A stretch of DNA of 64,000 bases from Coriobacteriaceae bacterium (GCA_025993015.1 DAJPFV010000001.1:1608668-1672667), one strand, 5' to 3'. Positions 49,501 through 57,258 are shown, counted from the first letter of the stretch. The notes: generated by a model not told the origin, from the sequence alone. Translations and numbers: made by a program.

Positions 49501-49989
49501 AAAATTATCGGCGTCGATGTTGTCGCGAGCATTGTCGCTATTGACGACTGCGAGAAATACCTCGGTGCTTGCGCTGGTTCGATTAAAGATCAGCGCAATG
49601 TTGCATTCTTCGTCAGAAAGAACGTCGTACACATTTACAAGCTTCTCGAGACTGTCCTCGTTGGGATCGACGATCCACTTCGTGATATTCATGAAGCGGA
49701 TGTTGTTGTCGGCGTTAAAGCCCATGGGGTATTCAATGGAGGGGTCAATCGGCGCGTAAACATTTCGCAGCTGCGGCAGATAGGCGTTGTGAAGCTCAAC
49801 GGCGGCAGTTGCCAAGAGCCGATTGGTGAGCTCGACAGCTTGCTCGTCTGCCGGATTCGGCTTTTCTGACAAGTATGCTGTTCGCTTTTGGTCGACCTCA
49901 TCGAGCTGGGAGCTGCTGAGTACCGAGACGGTTGCGACCGCGTTGCCGGCTTTATCGGCAGCGCGCATAATCGCGTTTTTGATGCCCAT
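46558..49989 (-). CDS. Large HerA/FtsK-superfamily P-loop ATPase with an unknown N-terminal region of about 590 aa and a Ser/Thr/Gly low-complexity insert
   Basis: HAS-barrel-like CIGKVFHMHREERIETF, followed by Walker A FVTGSTGAGKTNT, Walker B LTVLEEAHNLL, and IIADQAPGLLD...IIHRLPD. Confidence 0.75.
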   Translation of the reverse strand: MGIKNAIMRAADKAGNAVATVSVLSSSQLDEVDQKRTAYLSEKPNPADEQAVELTNRLLATAAVELHNAYLPQLRNVYAPIDPSIEYPMGFNADNNIRFMNITKWIVDPNEDSLEKLVNVYDVLSDEECNIALIFNRTSASTEVFLAVVNSDNARDNIDADNFSRRMSDALRGNFPGSEVGPANRGPIPCLDNRRPSSVAAVSNIPAEKNEKFVTQTIEKVLDGIVPGRPSEDYTIVLLATPIHDIESRKLRLAELHSLLTPYASWTTNYTHHQNDSIGSSATIGINAGVSAGRQVGNNQAVAQNYNETDSTNESTSESSNESVTDSSTSTESITDTVTDGRNESSSGGVDLGVSASHTEGSSHSTSTATGTSSSTGKAISNTLGKAVTSGVGKAVSKGASVTSGVSQAVNLGANFGGSFARSSTVTATIGADEGITQTFKNYSIQHALEILELQMKRYDLASALGMWDFCAYVLAEDHNVANNVAHTYLALTQGKESYMSQAAVNLWRGDLGEQSADATAICSYLRDLRHPAFALSPALLDQHPSFSVYPATVDATTALSGKELAYSLNFPKKSVPGLPVIECASFGRNVSTFDGTQPQQGLCIGKVFHMHREERIETFLSKDSLASHTFVTGSTGAGKTNTVCRILDQALDQRVNFLVIEPAKGEYKDVYGAREDVNVFGTNPEFTPLLRINPFSFPSGIHVLEHLDRLAEIFNVCWPMYAAMPAVLKDAVARSYEDCGWDLAASDNPYGADLFPCFADVARNVREILDSSEYDAENKGAYKGSLLTRLNSLTNGLNGMMLSSNEVDATVLFDANTVIDLSRIGSAETKSLLMGLLVLKLQEHRMAEKKGMNQPLRHLTVLEEAHNLLKRSSSSQGSESGDLTGKSVEMISNAIAEMRTYGEGFIIADQAPGLLDMAAIRNTNTKIIHRLPDLSDRELAGRAANLNDQQIVELARLPKGVAAIYQNDWVEPVLCKIAKAEDGAHFAYSRPIDDVASNQSDDALAVARMLAYGISIGTKTELHSIRERLDRLHIDASTKVKILRTVQNPPAEPRMTKLGPIMSTLFPNVAKAVEDERECSDEAEQWTMAADAALRSSIDRDIDSRTRQVIIQGIMTDVLCLQMQDTQAYSDWHNWNENSEVS

Positions 49990-49998
49990 ACGATCAGC

Positions 49999-52581
49999 CT
50001 ATTCCTTCCAATTAATGACGCGCGCAATGTATTCTTTTCGATTGTTGAGTGTCTCGAGTTTTGCCTCGAGAGCGTTGATCTCCGCGGTTTGCCTGTTGAT
50101 GTCTTCGACATGGCCATGGAGCACCGGGTTGTAGTCGGTGATATTGCTCGTAATTTGGCCAAGCAGCTCGTTGAGCCATTCGGTAAAGCCGTAGGTATGC
50201 TCGCGCTCTATTTCGGCGCGTGCTTCGCAGAAACACCGTGAGATTTCGCGGTTGAATTTATCTTCGACTTTCCTAAGCAAAAGCTTGTCGGATTTAAAGA
50301 TGACACGGTCCATGAGCTTCAGTTCGGTAAAGTCTGCCTTGCTGAAAATGGGGCCCTTTGTCTTATCGAGCGCGAGGCCACGATATTTAAGAATGATATC
50401 GCCGACCTCTTGGCGCTTTTCTTCGGAAAGAGGATTGTCACTGCTGGTAGCGATGCGATAGAGGGCATCGCGGCTATGCTCCGCACAATCCTTCCAATAG
50501 CTTTGCGACAGCTCATCGATGGTCTGAGCTATTTGCTCGGTACATTCGTCATAGTGATTGATGACCTCGTTAAAGAGTTGGTCAGCGGCATCTTTGTCGG
50601 CTGTTCTTTCGGCAGCCTTTGCATCGGATCTTTTGTGAAATGCATCGGTTATGTCATCGCAAAGACCCTTGCCAACGTCCGCAAGGCCACCCGTTGGACA
50701 AGGTTCACTATCCTTTTGCGCATTGACCTGGCTTCCCTTTATGGAGTCGCCGAGCCTATTGAAGAAGTTGGGTGCAATCGAATCAAATGCTTTCGCTGCC
50801 GCGATTGAGCGTTTTGAGTACTCGAGCCCCTCTCGCTTTTCCTCGGTAATGGCGTTTTGGCGTGCCTGGAGCGCATCAAGACTGGTCTCCCATTGTTTGG
50901 CCGAAACCCTCTTGTCGATTGTTTCCCTATAGCTTGCCGAAGCATCCTCCTTTGCATGCTCCTTGCAGGCTTCGAGCTGATCGATAAGAGCGCGCTTATC
51001 CTCTTCGAGTTCGGCTTCTCGCTGCGCTTTCTTTTGTTCAAGGTCGGTTTTCTTGTCGGCAATCTCTTCTTCGGTTATGCCGACAATTTCTTGCAGAAGT
51101 GATTCCGACCTGCTGCATTTGTTATATGCGGAGTACCGTTCGGCAAACAGGCGTATTTCGTTCTCGATGCAAAAGAGTCCGCTATTGGCAAGAAGGAGGT
51201 CCTTGCAAGCCTCGGATTCGCGATTGGTTCTGCGCGAGATCTGTCCCGGAAGGATATCGTAACGGTAGAGCGTTTTGTAGAAGCGGCTTGTCGGGTCGGT
51301 GTATTTACGCTGCTGGTCTTCGAATCTTTCGGCATAGTTGTCGCTTATAAACTCGCCGGAGTTCTTTGAGCCTAGGCCGAGGATGGAAGAAACAAAGTAG
51401 ATACCTTGACCATAGAGCCTGGACGGAATGAACTGGCGCATGATGTCCGAGACTCGTTCGTCGTCAAACCCGCCTTTGGGAAGGTCGGCGGAATCCGCCT
51501 TGTTGACTACGATCATGGCAAAGCGTTCATCGATTGCGGGGATCTCCTTTATTTCGTTGGAGAGGTTCTCGTTGTCTTTCGTGTCGAGTGTGGTGTACTC
51601 GGCAACGAAAATGGGAAGACCGTTCGAGAGGCCTTCCATGGCTTGTTTGAGCACTCGGGCGTGATCGACGTTGGAGGCAGAGTTTGACCCCGGGGTGTCA
51701 AAGATGACAAACTCCCTGTCGTGAGGCCATGGATCGGTATCGCTAAAGGGCACTTCGATTCTGATCAGATCGGAGATGGTCCGGTCGTCTTCATCGGCAT
51801 GGTATGAGTTAAGAACCTTGAGGGCGCTGTTCATATGAGAGGCCATGCCGGGCATGGAGTCGGCGACTTTGGCCGCGATCTTGTCGTATAGGGGCTCCCC
51901 CACAAGCTCTTTGTTTTCCATGAGGCCATCAAGATCAAAGCGCAGCAAGAACCGCCTGCTGCCACAGGAGAATTGAACCATCGCGCGATCTCGGTCTTTT
52001 GAACGTTTGATTTGAAATATGCGGGCCGTTACAGGCTCGTCGCCGCTGGGAAGGATCTCCATGCCAATGAGGGCGTTGATGAGCGTCGATTTGCCTGCAC
52101 TATAGTTGCCGAGCACACACAGCGGGATGATGTCGCTCGAGACATCGGTGAACTTCCTAATTTGCTCAGAGACTTTTGTTCGCTCGGAGACTGCTTCGTC
52201 TACAAGCCCCTGGATTTCTCTGAAGACTTCGACAATTTCCGGCAAGACGTCACGGGCGTTTGATAGATAGCGCTCGTCTCGTATGACCTCGTATGTATTG
52301 GCACGTGGCCCTTCGGTGCAGATGGCGAGCAACTCCTGCCATTCGTCGTCTGCTCCTTCAAAATGCAATTCAATTCTGTCGCCACCACCAAACTCTTTGG
52401 CGAGGATGTCGATGATCTCTTCGGCCTTAAAGGGGAAGAAACCATTAACGATCTTCGTGCTATGGAGCGCGCTATTGGGATTTGTAGATGTCGTTATTTC
52501 TTGCCAGCCGTTATCCCATCGGAAGAACCGGACAATTTCTTGATATGGATTGCTGACGATCTTGATTTTAATGTCTGCCAT
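49999..52581 (-). CDS. Dynamin-family large GTPase (bacterial dynamin-like protein) with an N-terminal extra domain and a long helical C-terminus
   Basis: G1 GNYSAGKST, G3 IFDTPGS, G4 VVNKAD. The C-terminal roughly 400 aa are rich in heptad-like charged helices. There is a 9-nt gap to the ATPase gene. Confidence 0.75.
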   Translation of the reverse strand: MADIKIKIVSNPYQEIVRFFRWDNGWQEITTSTNPNSALHSTKIVNGFFPFKAEEIIDILAKEFGGGDRIELHFEGADDEWQELLAICTEGPRANTYEVIRDERYLSNARDVLPEIVEVFREIQGLVDEAVSERTKVSEQIRKFTDVSSDIIPLCVLGNYSAGKSTLINALIGMEILPSGDEPVTARIFQIKRSKDRDRAMVQFSCGSRRFLLRFDLDGLMENKELVGEPLYDKIAAKVADSMPGMASHMNSALKVLNSYHADEDDRTISDLIRIEVPFSDTDPWPHDREFVIFDTPGSNSASNVDHARVLKQAMEGLSNGLPIFVAEYTTLDTKDNENLSNEIKEIPAIDERFAMIVVNKADSADLPKGGFDDERVSDIMRQFIPSRLYGQGIYFVSSILGLGSKNSGEFISDNYAERFEDQQRKYTDPTSRFYKTLYRYDILPGQISRRTNRESEACKDLLLANSGLFCIENEIRLFAERYSAYNKCSRSESLLQEIVGITEEEIADKKTDLEQKKAQREAELEEDKRALIDQLEACKEHAKEDASASYRETIDKRVSAKQWETSLDALQARQNAITEEKREGLEYSKRSIAAAKAFDSIAPNFFNRLGDSIKGSQVNAQKDSEPCPTGGLADVGKGLCDDITDAFHKRSDAKAAERTADKDAADQLFNEVINHYDECTEQIAQTIDELSQSYWKDCAEHSRDALYRIATSSDNPLSEEKRQEVGDIILKYRGLALDKTKGPIFSKADFTELKLMDRVIFKSDKLLLRKVEDKFNREISRCFCEARAEIEREHTYGFTEWLNELLGQITSNITDYNPVLHGHVEDINRQTAEINALEAKLETLNNRKEYIARVINWKE

Positions 52582-52703
52582 CGTTCAACTACCTTTAGTA
52601 GATCAGGTGCGGGAATATGCCGCCTTTATCATAGGGTAGCCGCCCGTGCGGACACCCCTCTATTCGCTCGGCGGCATCTCGGCAGTACCATTTATTTGGC
52701 AAG

Positions 52704-52760
52704 ATCCTCGCCATCGCCGTAATGTTCCCGGCCATACGCCGCGCAAAGCCCGTCGCCTAA
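52704..52760 (+). pseudogene. Orphan duplicate of the last 18 codons plus stop of the MFS gene (right island boundary)
   Basis: Translates to ILAIAVMFPAIRRAKPVA*, compared with ILAITVMFPAIRRAKPVA* at the real gene end. There is no upstream reading frame. Confidence 0.8.
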
Positions 52761-52775
52761 TCACGTCCCCTTATC

Positions 52776-52842
52776 AGTTGCGGTGGAATAGTTCCTGTTT
52801 AAGGCCTCTGAAGGCCCAGGCAGGAACTATTCCACCGCAACT
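52776..52842. repeat. 67-nt palindromic element, copy D
   Basis: agttgcggtggaatagttcctg ... caggaactattccaccgcaact. Confidence 0.85.
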
Positions 52843-52913
52843 TATTTTGGGGGAGAGGATACAAGCCGGGCATACAATGGATGTCGTTGTGTTGAGCTTA
52901 TCGGGAGGTTGCT

Positions 52914-54290
52914 ATGTGGGCATACGAGACGACGTTCTATCAGATCTATCCGCTGGGCTTTTGCGGGGCTCCGCGCGAGAACGTCGCGCCCGTTGCCGAG
53001 GATGAGCTCGCACAGGCCGCCGACGCCGCGTCCAACCCCGATGCTCCCATCATGAAAATCGCCCAATGGGCCGATTACCTGCAGGAGCTCGGCGTTGGCG
53101 CTGTGCTGATCAACCCTCTGCTTGAGTCCGATAGCCATGGCTATGACACGCGCAGCCTGCGCCACGTTGACCGTCGTCTGGGCTCCGATGCCGATTTTGC
53201 GGCCGTATGCGAGACGCTCCACGCCCACGGTATCCGCGTGGTGCTCGATGCGGTCTTCAACCACGTCGGCCGCGGCTTTTGGGCCTTCCGCGATGTACAG
53301 GAGCGCAAGTGGGATTCTCCCTACAAGGACTGGTTCCACATTAACTTCGATGGCGACTCCTGCTATGGCGACGGTTTTTGGTACGAGGGCTGGGAGGGCC
53401 ATTTTGAGCTCGTCAAGCTCAACCTGCAAAACCCCGCCGTGGTCGATTATCTGCTCGAGTCCGTGCGAACCTGGGTCGATGTTTTTGGCGTCGACGGCCT
53501 GCGCTTGGACGTCGCCTACATGCTCGACCGCGATTTCATGCGTCGTTTGCATAGCTTTGCCCGTGAGCTCAAGCCCGGCTTTGTGCTCATTGGCGAGACG
53601 CTCCACGGCGACTACAACCAGATCGTCAACGACGAGATGCTCGACTCCTGCACCAACTACGAGTGCTACAAGGGCCTGTACTCCAGCTTTAACTCGGTCA
53701 ACATGTTCGAGATCGCCCATTCGCTGCACCGCCAGTTTGGCGGCGACCCCTGGTGCATCTACCGCGGCAAGCACCTGCTGTCGTTTGTCGACAACCACGA
53801 TGTGCCGCGCCTGGCAAGTATCCTCACCGACAAGTCGTGCCTGCGTCCCTCCTATGGCATGCTCTTTGGCATGCCGGGCATCCCGTGCGTCTACTATGGC
53901 AGCGAGTGGGGAATTGCTGGCGAAAAGGGCGGCCCCGATGGCGACTGGGCGCTGCGCCCTGCGCTCGATGAGCCTGCGCCCAACGAGCTGACGGCGTTCA
54001 TCACGCAACTCGCACACCTTCGCTCGGCCGACGACGCGGCTGCCCGTGCTCTCAACTACGGTGCCTATCGCAACGTGGTGATCCAGAACAAGCAGCTGCT
54101 GTTCGAGCGCGCCTGTGACGGCGCGACGGTACTCGTGGCGGTGAACGCCGTGGGCGAGCCTTACACCTTTGGCGCCGGCGAACTCAACGGCTCCTTCGTC
54201 GACCTGCTTGCCGACGATGCTCCCACGGTCGAGCTGACGGGCACCCTTGAACTTGCACCCTACGAGGTGCGCTATCTGTTGAGAGCCTAG
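52914..54290 (+). CDS. GH13 alpha-amylase-family glycoside hydrolase
   Basis: Conserved regions DAVFNHVG, GLRLDVAYM, LIGETLHGDY, FVDNHDVPR. Confidence 0.88.
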   Translation: MWAYETTFYQIYPLGFCGAPRENVAPVAEDELAQAADAASNPDAPIMKIAQWADYLQELGVGAVLINPLLESDSHGYDTRSLRHVDRRLGSDADFAAVCETLHAHGIRVVLDAVFNHVGRGFWAFRDVQERKWDSPYKDWFHINFDGDSCYGDGFWYEGWEGHFELVKLNLQNPAVVDYLLESVRTWVDVFGVDGLRLDVAYMLDRDFMRRLHSFARELKPGFVLIGETLHGDYNQIVNDEMLDSCTNYECYKGLYSSFNSVNMFEIAHSLHRQFGGDPWCIYRGKHLLSFVDNHDVPRLASILTDKSCLRPSYGMLFGMPGIPCVYYGSEWGIAGEKGGPDGDWALRPALDEPAPNELTAFITQLAHLRSADDAAARALNYGAYRNVVIQNKQLLFERACDGATVLVAVNAVGEPYTFGAGELNGSFVDLLADDAPTVELTGTLELAPYEVRYLLRA

Positions 54291-54293
54291 CCC

Positions 54294-54857
54294 ATGGCCG
54301 TGTCTGACGAGGACTATCAACATATTGAGCATGGGTTTGAGCCTGTGTTCGACCAGCGCTCGCGCGTTTTGGTGCTGGGGTCGTTTCCCTCGGTGCTCTC
54401 GCGTGCCAATGCCTTCTACTATGGCAATCCGCAGAACCGCTTTTGGCGTGTGATGGCCGCGTGCCTCGGTGTATCCGTGCCGTCCAACGAGGGCGATCCT
54501 TTGGCAAACGGTGAGCCCGCGACGCTCGATGCCTCCATTGCCGCCAAGCGGGCCATGCTGCTGAACGGCAGCGTGGCCCTGTGGGATGTGATCGAGAGCT
54601 GCGACATTAAGGGCTCGAGCGACGCCAGCATCAAAAACGTCGTTCCGGCACATATTGAGCGCATTACGGGCAATGCGCCTATTGAGCTGGTGGTGTGTAA
54701 CGGAGGTACGGCGGGGCGCCTCTATAAGCGCTATCTAAAGGAGCGGACAGGCCTGCCCGCTGTCGTATTGCCGTCAACTAGTCCCGCTAACGCGGCTTGG
54801 CGTCTGGAACGTCTTGTTGAGCGTTGGCGCGAAGCCGTTGACTGGATCGCACGGTAG
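54294..54857 (+). CDS. DNA-deoxyinosine (hypoxanthine) glycosylase, UDG superfamily
   Basis: VLVLGSFPSVLS...YYGNPQNRFW...LPSTSPANA motifs. Confidence 0.7.
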   Translation: MAVSDEDYQHIEHGFEPVFDQRSRVLVLGSFPSVLSRANAFYYGNPQNRFWRVMAACLGVSVPSNEGDPLANGEPATLDASIAAKRAMLLNGSVALWDVIESCDIKGSSDASIKNVVPAHIERITGNAPIELVVCNGGTAGRLYKRYLKERTGLPAVVLPSTSPANAAWRLERLVERWREAVDWIAR

Positions 54858-54858
54858 T

Positions 54859-55521
54859 CTAGATCCTTGATTGAGCATGGGTGCCGAGGCGTTTCATGAT
54901 GGCATGCCAGATCGGTGTGGGCAGCGCGGGCTCGACACGCACCATGCCGTCGGCGTCGACGCTACCGGCATTGCCACCGCCAAGCAGCTGCGCATGCTCA
55001 ATGGAGCAGCCCATGCGCACAGCGCCCACAAGCTTATCCATCGCTTCCGAAAATGGTCGGCGCAAGAGGCCCATGCGTGGGGAATGGCGAAGCGCCGCAA
55101 TGCCGCTGCCGGCACAGATGACAACGCCGTCGCACCATGGCAGGTCACGTAGAATACATGCCCGGTACAGGCGGTCGAGGACTTCGTCCGTCTGCTTGTT
55201 GTTCTTGGACAGGGCCTGGACGACGACATAGATGCGTGTCTCTGTATTCCTAAGGCGATCGAGTATCTGCTCGACAGCGATCATCGTCTCATCATCAAAT
55301 GCATCATCAACAGCGAGCACCATGCCGTCCGCAACGCTGCCGGCATCATCCGCCTCCAAATCGACCGGGTGGGGGAGTGCGGTGCCGGAAAGCCGGGCAT
55401 AGGCCGCGATGGCATCTTGCAGGTCCCAAAGCAAAAACTCCAGATCGGCGCTATCGGGAATACTGATATACGCAATGGTCTGCAGCGTTTTGGGCTTATC
55501 GCCGCGCGCGGTCGTCTCCAT
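54859..55521 (-). CDS. Hypothetical protein (acidic, possibly a flavodoxin-like fold)
   Basis: 220-aa ORF with coding-like composition and no recognisable motif. Confidence 0.4.
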   Translation of the reverse strand: METTARGDKPKTLQTIAYISIPDSADLEFLLWDLQDAIAAYARLSGTALPHPVDLEADDAGSVADGMVLAVDDAFDDETMIAVEQILDRLRNTETRIYVVVQALSKNNKQTDEVLDRLYRACILRDLPWCDGVVICAGSGIAALRHSPRMGLLRRPFSEAMDKLVGAVRMGCSIEHAQLLGGGNAGSVDADGMVRVEPALPTPIWHAIMKRLGTHAQSRI

Positions 55522-55614
55522 GCCGCCTCCTTTCCGGTTGGTTTCCGTTTAGGTTACACCGTCCGGCGGCGCCTAGCCGCGCTATCCTAGTGCAACCCTT
55601 ACGAAAGGAACGCC

Positions 55615-56751
55615 ATGCGTCTGCCCATGAATACCTCGCTTGCCACGCTCAAGCCCTCCGGCATCCGCCGAATCAACGCACTCGCCGCTCAGCATCCGGG
55701 ATGCATTGCGCTTGCGCTCGGCGAGCCCGATTTTCCCACGCCCGACGCGATTAGCGCCGAGGTGACTGCTTCGTTGGACCGCGGCGACACGCACTATCCG
55801 CCCAACAACGGTCGCCCCGCCCTGCGCGAGGCGTTGTCTGCCTACATGGGGGACGCGGGCCTTACGTTTTCGGCCGACGAGGTCATCCTGACCGACGGCG
55901 CGACCGAGGCCCTGTCGGCTACGTTTATGGCCATGCTCAACCCCGGCGACGAGGTCATTATCCCCACGCCGGCCTTTGGCCTGTACGAGAGCATCGTCGT
56001 GGCCAACCACGCCCAGGCGGTCTTTTTGGATACGGAGCCTGCGCAATTCCAGATTGACGAGGAAGCGCTTCGCGCCTGTGTGACCCCGGCGACCAAGGCC
56101 ATCGTTATCTGCTCGCCCAACAATCCTACAGGCTGCATTCTCAACGCGGCATCACTCGACGCCGTGGCACACGTAGCGGAGCAGGCTGGCATCTACGTAG
56201 TCTGCGACGACGTATACAACCGCCTCGTCTATGTGGACGGCTACGAGCGCTTCGCCCAGCGACACCCGGAGCTGCGCGAGCAGACAGTCGTCATCGAGAG
56301 CTTCTCCAAGCCCTGGGCCATGACCGGCTGGCGCTTGGGTTGGCTCGCAGCCGCAGCCCCCGTCATCGCCGAGATCGCAAAGGCCCACCAATACTTAGTA
56401 TCGAGCGCCGTCTCCTTCGAAATGGACGCCGCAGCTCGAGCCCTGACCGTCGACCCAACCCCCATGCTCAAAGTCTACCGAGCCCGCCGCAAACGCGTGC
56501 TCGCAGCCTTAGACGCCATGGGCCTCGACGTAGTAGAGCCCGCAGGAGCCTTCTACACTTTCCCGAGCATCAAAAAGTTCGGCCTAACCAGCGAAGACTT
56601 CTGCATCAAAGCCATCAAAGAGGCCAACGTAGCCCTAGTTCCCGGAAACTGCTTCGGAACCGAAGGCCATATCCGCCTAAGTTACTGCGTCTCCGACAAA
56701 GACCTAGACGAAGGCCTCCACCGCCTGTCCACCTTCATTTCAACCTTATAG
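55615..56751 (+). CDS. Pyridoxal-phosphate-dependent aminotransferase, class I/II
   Basis: PNNPTG, SFSKPWAMTGWRLGW (PLP lysine region), IRLSY. Confidence 0.9.
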   Translation: MRLPMNTSLATLKPSGIRRINALAAQHPGCIALALGEPDFPTPDAISAEVTASLDRGDTHYPPNNGRPALREALSAYMGDAGLTFSADEVILTDGATEALSATFMAMLNPGDEVIIPTPAFGLYESIVVANHAQAVFLDTEPAQFQIDEEALRACVTPATKAIVICSPNNPTGCILNAASLDAVAHVAEQAGIYVVCDDVYNRLVYVDGYERFAQRHPELREQTVVIESFSKPWAMTGWRLGWLAAAAPVIAEIAKAHQYLVSSAVSFEMDAAARALTVDPTPMLKVYRARRKRVLAALDAMGLDVVEPAGAFYTFPSIKKFGLTSEDFCIKAIKEANVALVPGNCFGTEGHIRLSYCVSDKDLDEGLHRLSTFISTL

Positions 56752-56811
56752 CCCAACGGGACGCAACACATCAGCCCACCGACATAAGGGTTATGCGTGG
56801 GGCGCGCCGGC

Positions 56812-57016
56812 CAACGGCAACCCTGGCTGCCCCAAAGTCAACACAGGTCGCGCCGCCAAAGGCCAGGCGCAAGCTTTTCGTAGATTCCGCACGAGCCGAA
56901 GAGCACTAAATGTGCTCTTCGTGCGAGCCCAGGACCTGACCGAGCGAAAAGCTTGCGCCTGGCCTTTGGCGGCGCGACCGAGATGGTGGAATTGTGTGCA
57001 GCCAGAGTTGCCGTTG
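56812..57016. repeat. Foldback palindrome of about 205 bp (perfect 35-bp arms plus imperfect outer arms plus inner hairpin)
   Basis: 56846-56880 is the exact reverse complement of 56945-56979. The outer pair is caacggcaaccctggctgc / gcagccagagttgccgttg. The central hairpin is gaagagcac-taaat-gtgctcttc. Confidence 0.9.
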
Positions 57017-57059
57017 ACCGACGCCGGGGTCCCCGCCATAATACTTTCGGTTCACGCAC

Positions 57060-57258
57060 GAATCCGCTGCCAGAGACAGCCGGTGCAAACGGGCATCGCC
57101 CGCGAGCTTAATGGGATATCCCGCCAGCCGAGGTGGTCGAGTAGATATGTCTTCTCGCCCCCGTCGCTCATGCAGCGCGGGGGCTTTCTTTTTGGACATG
57201 CCCCCGTCACGTCCTTGTGGCGGACCGTGCCCGGAAAGAATTCGAGGAGGTGTAATTC
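57060..57258 (+). promoter_or_regulatory. rplJ leader with attenuator hairpin (L10-leader-like)
   Basis: gcccccg...cgggggc plus tttcttttt at 57157-57193, 65 nt upstream of the rplJ ATG. Identity as the L10(L12)4 binding leader is inferred from position. Confidence 0.4.

Larger units (their letters stand above)
45377..52703 (-). other. AT-richer genomic island of about 7.3 kb carrying a 4-gene GTPase/ATPase/nuclease/immunity operon
   Basis: Bracketed by the 72-bp repeat plus palindromic-element duplication. Codon and base composition are visibly different from the flanks. No recombinase gene is present. Confidence 0.7.

Noticed and set aside
52646-53005. 119-aa plus-strand ORF spanning the island boundary.
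   Set aside because: It reads through the MFS 3' remnant and the palindromic element in a different frame and runs into the GH13 start. It has no RBS and no motifs.
52842-54653. 603-aa minus-strand ORF.
   Set aside because: It is antisense to the GH13 and glycosylase genes, which carry clear catalytic motifs. The translation has shadow-frame composition.
56340-57059. ORFs on both strands sharing the peptide ...LAA..ST..VAPPKARRKLF...
   Set aside because: They are mirror-image artefacts of the 205-bp palindrome. The plus-strand one also runs out of frame across the aminotransferase gene.
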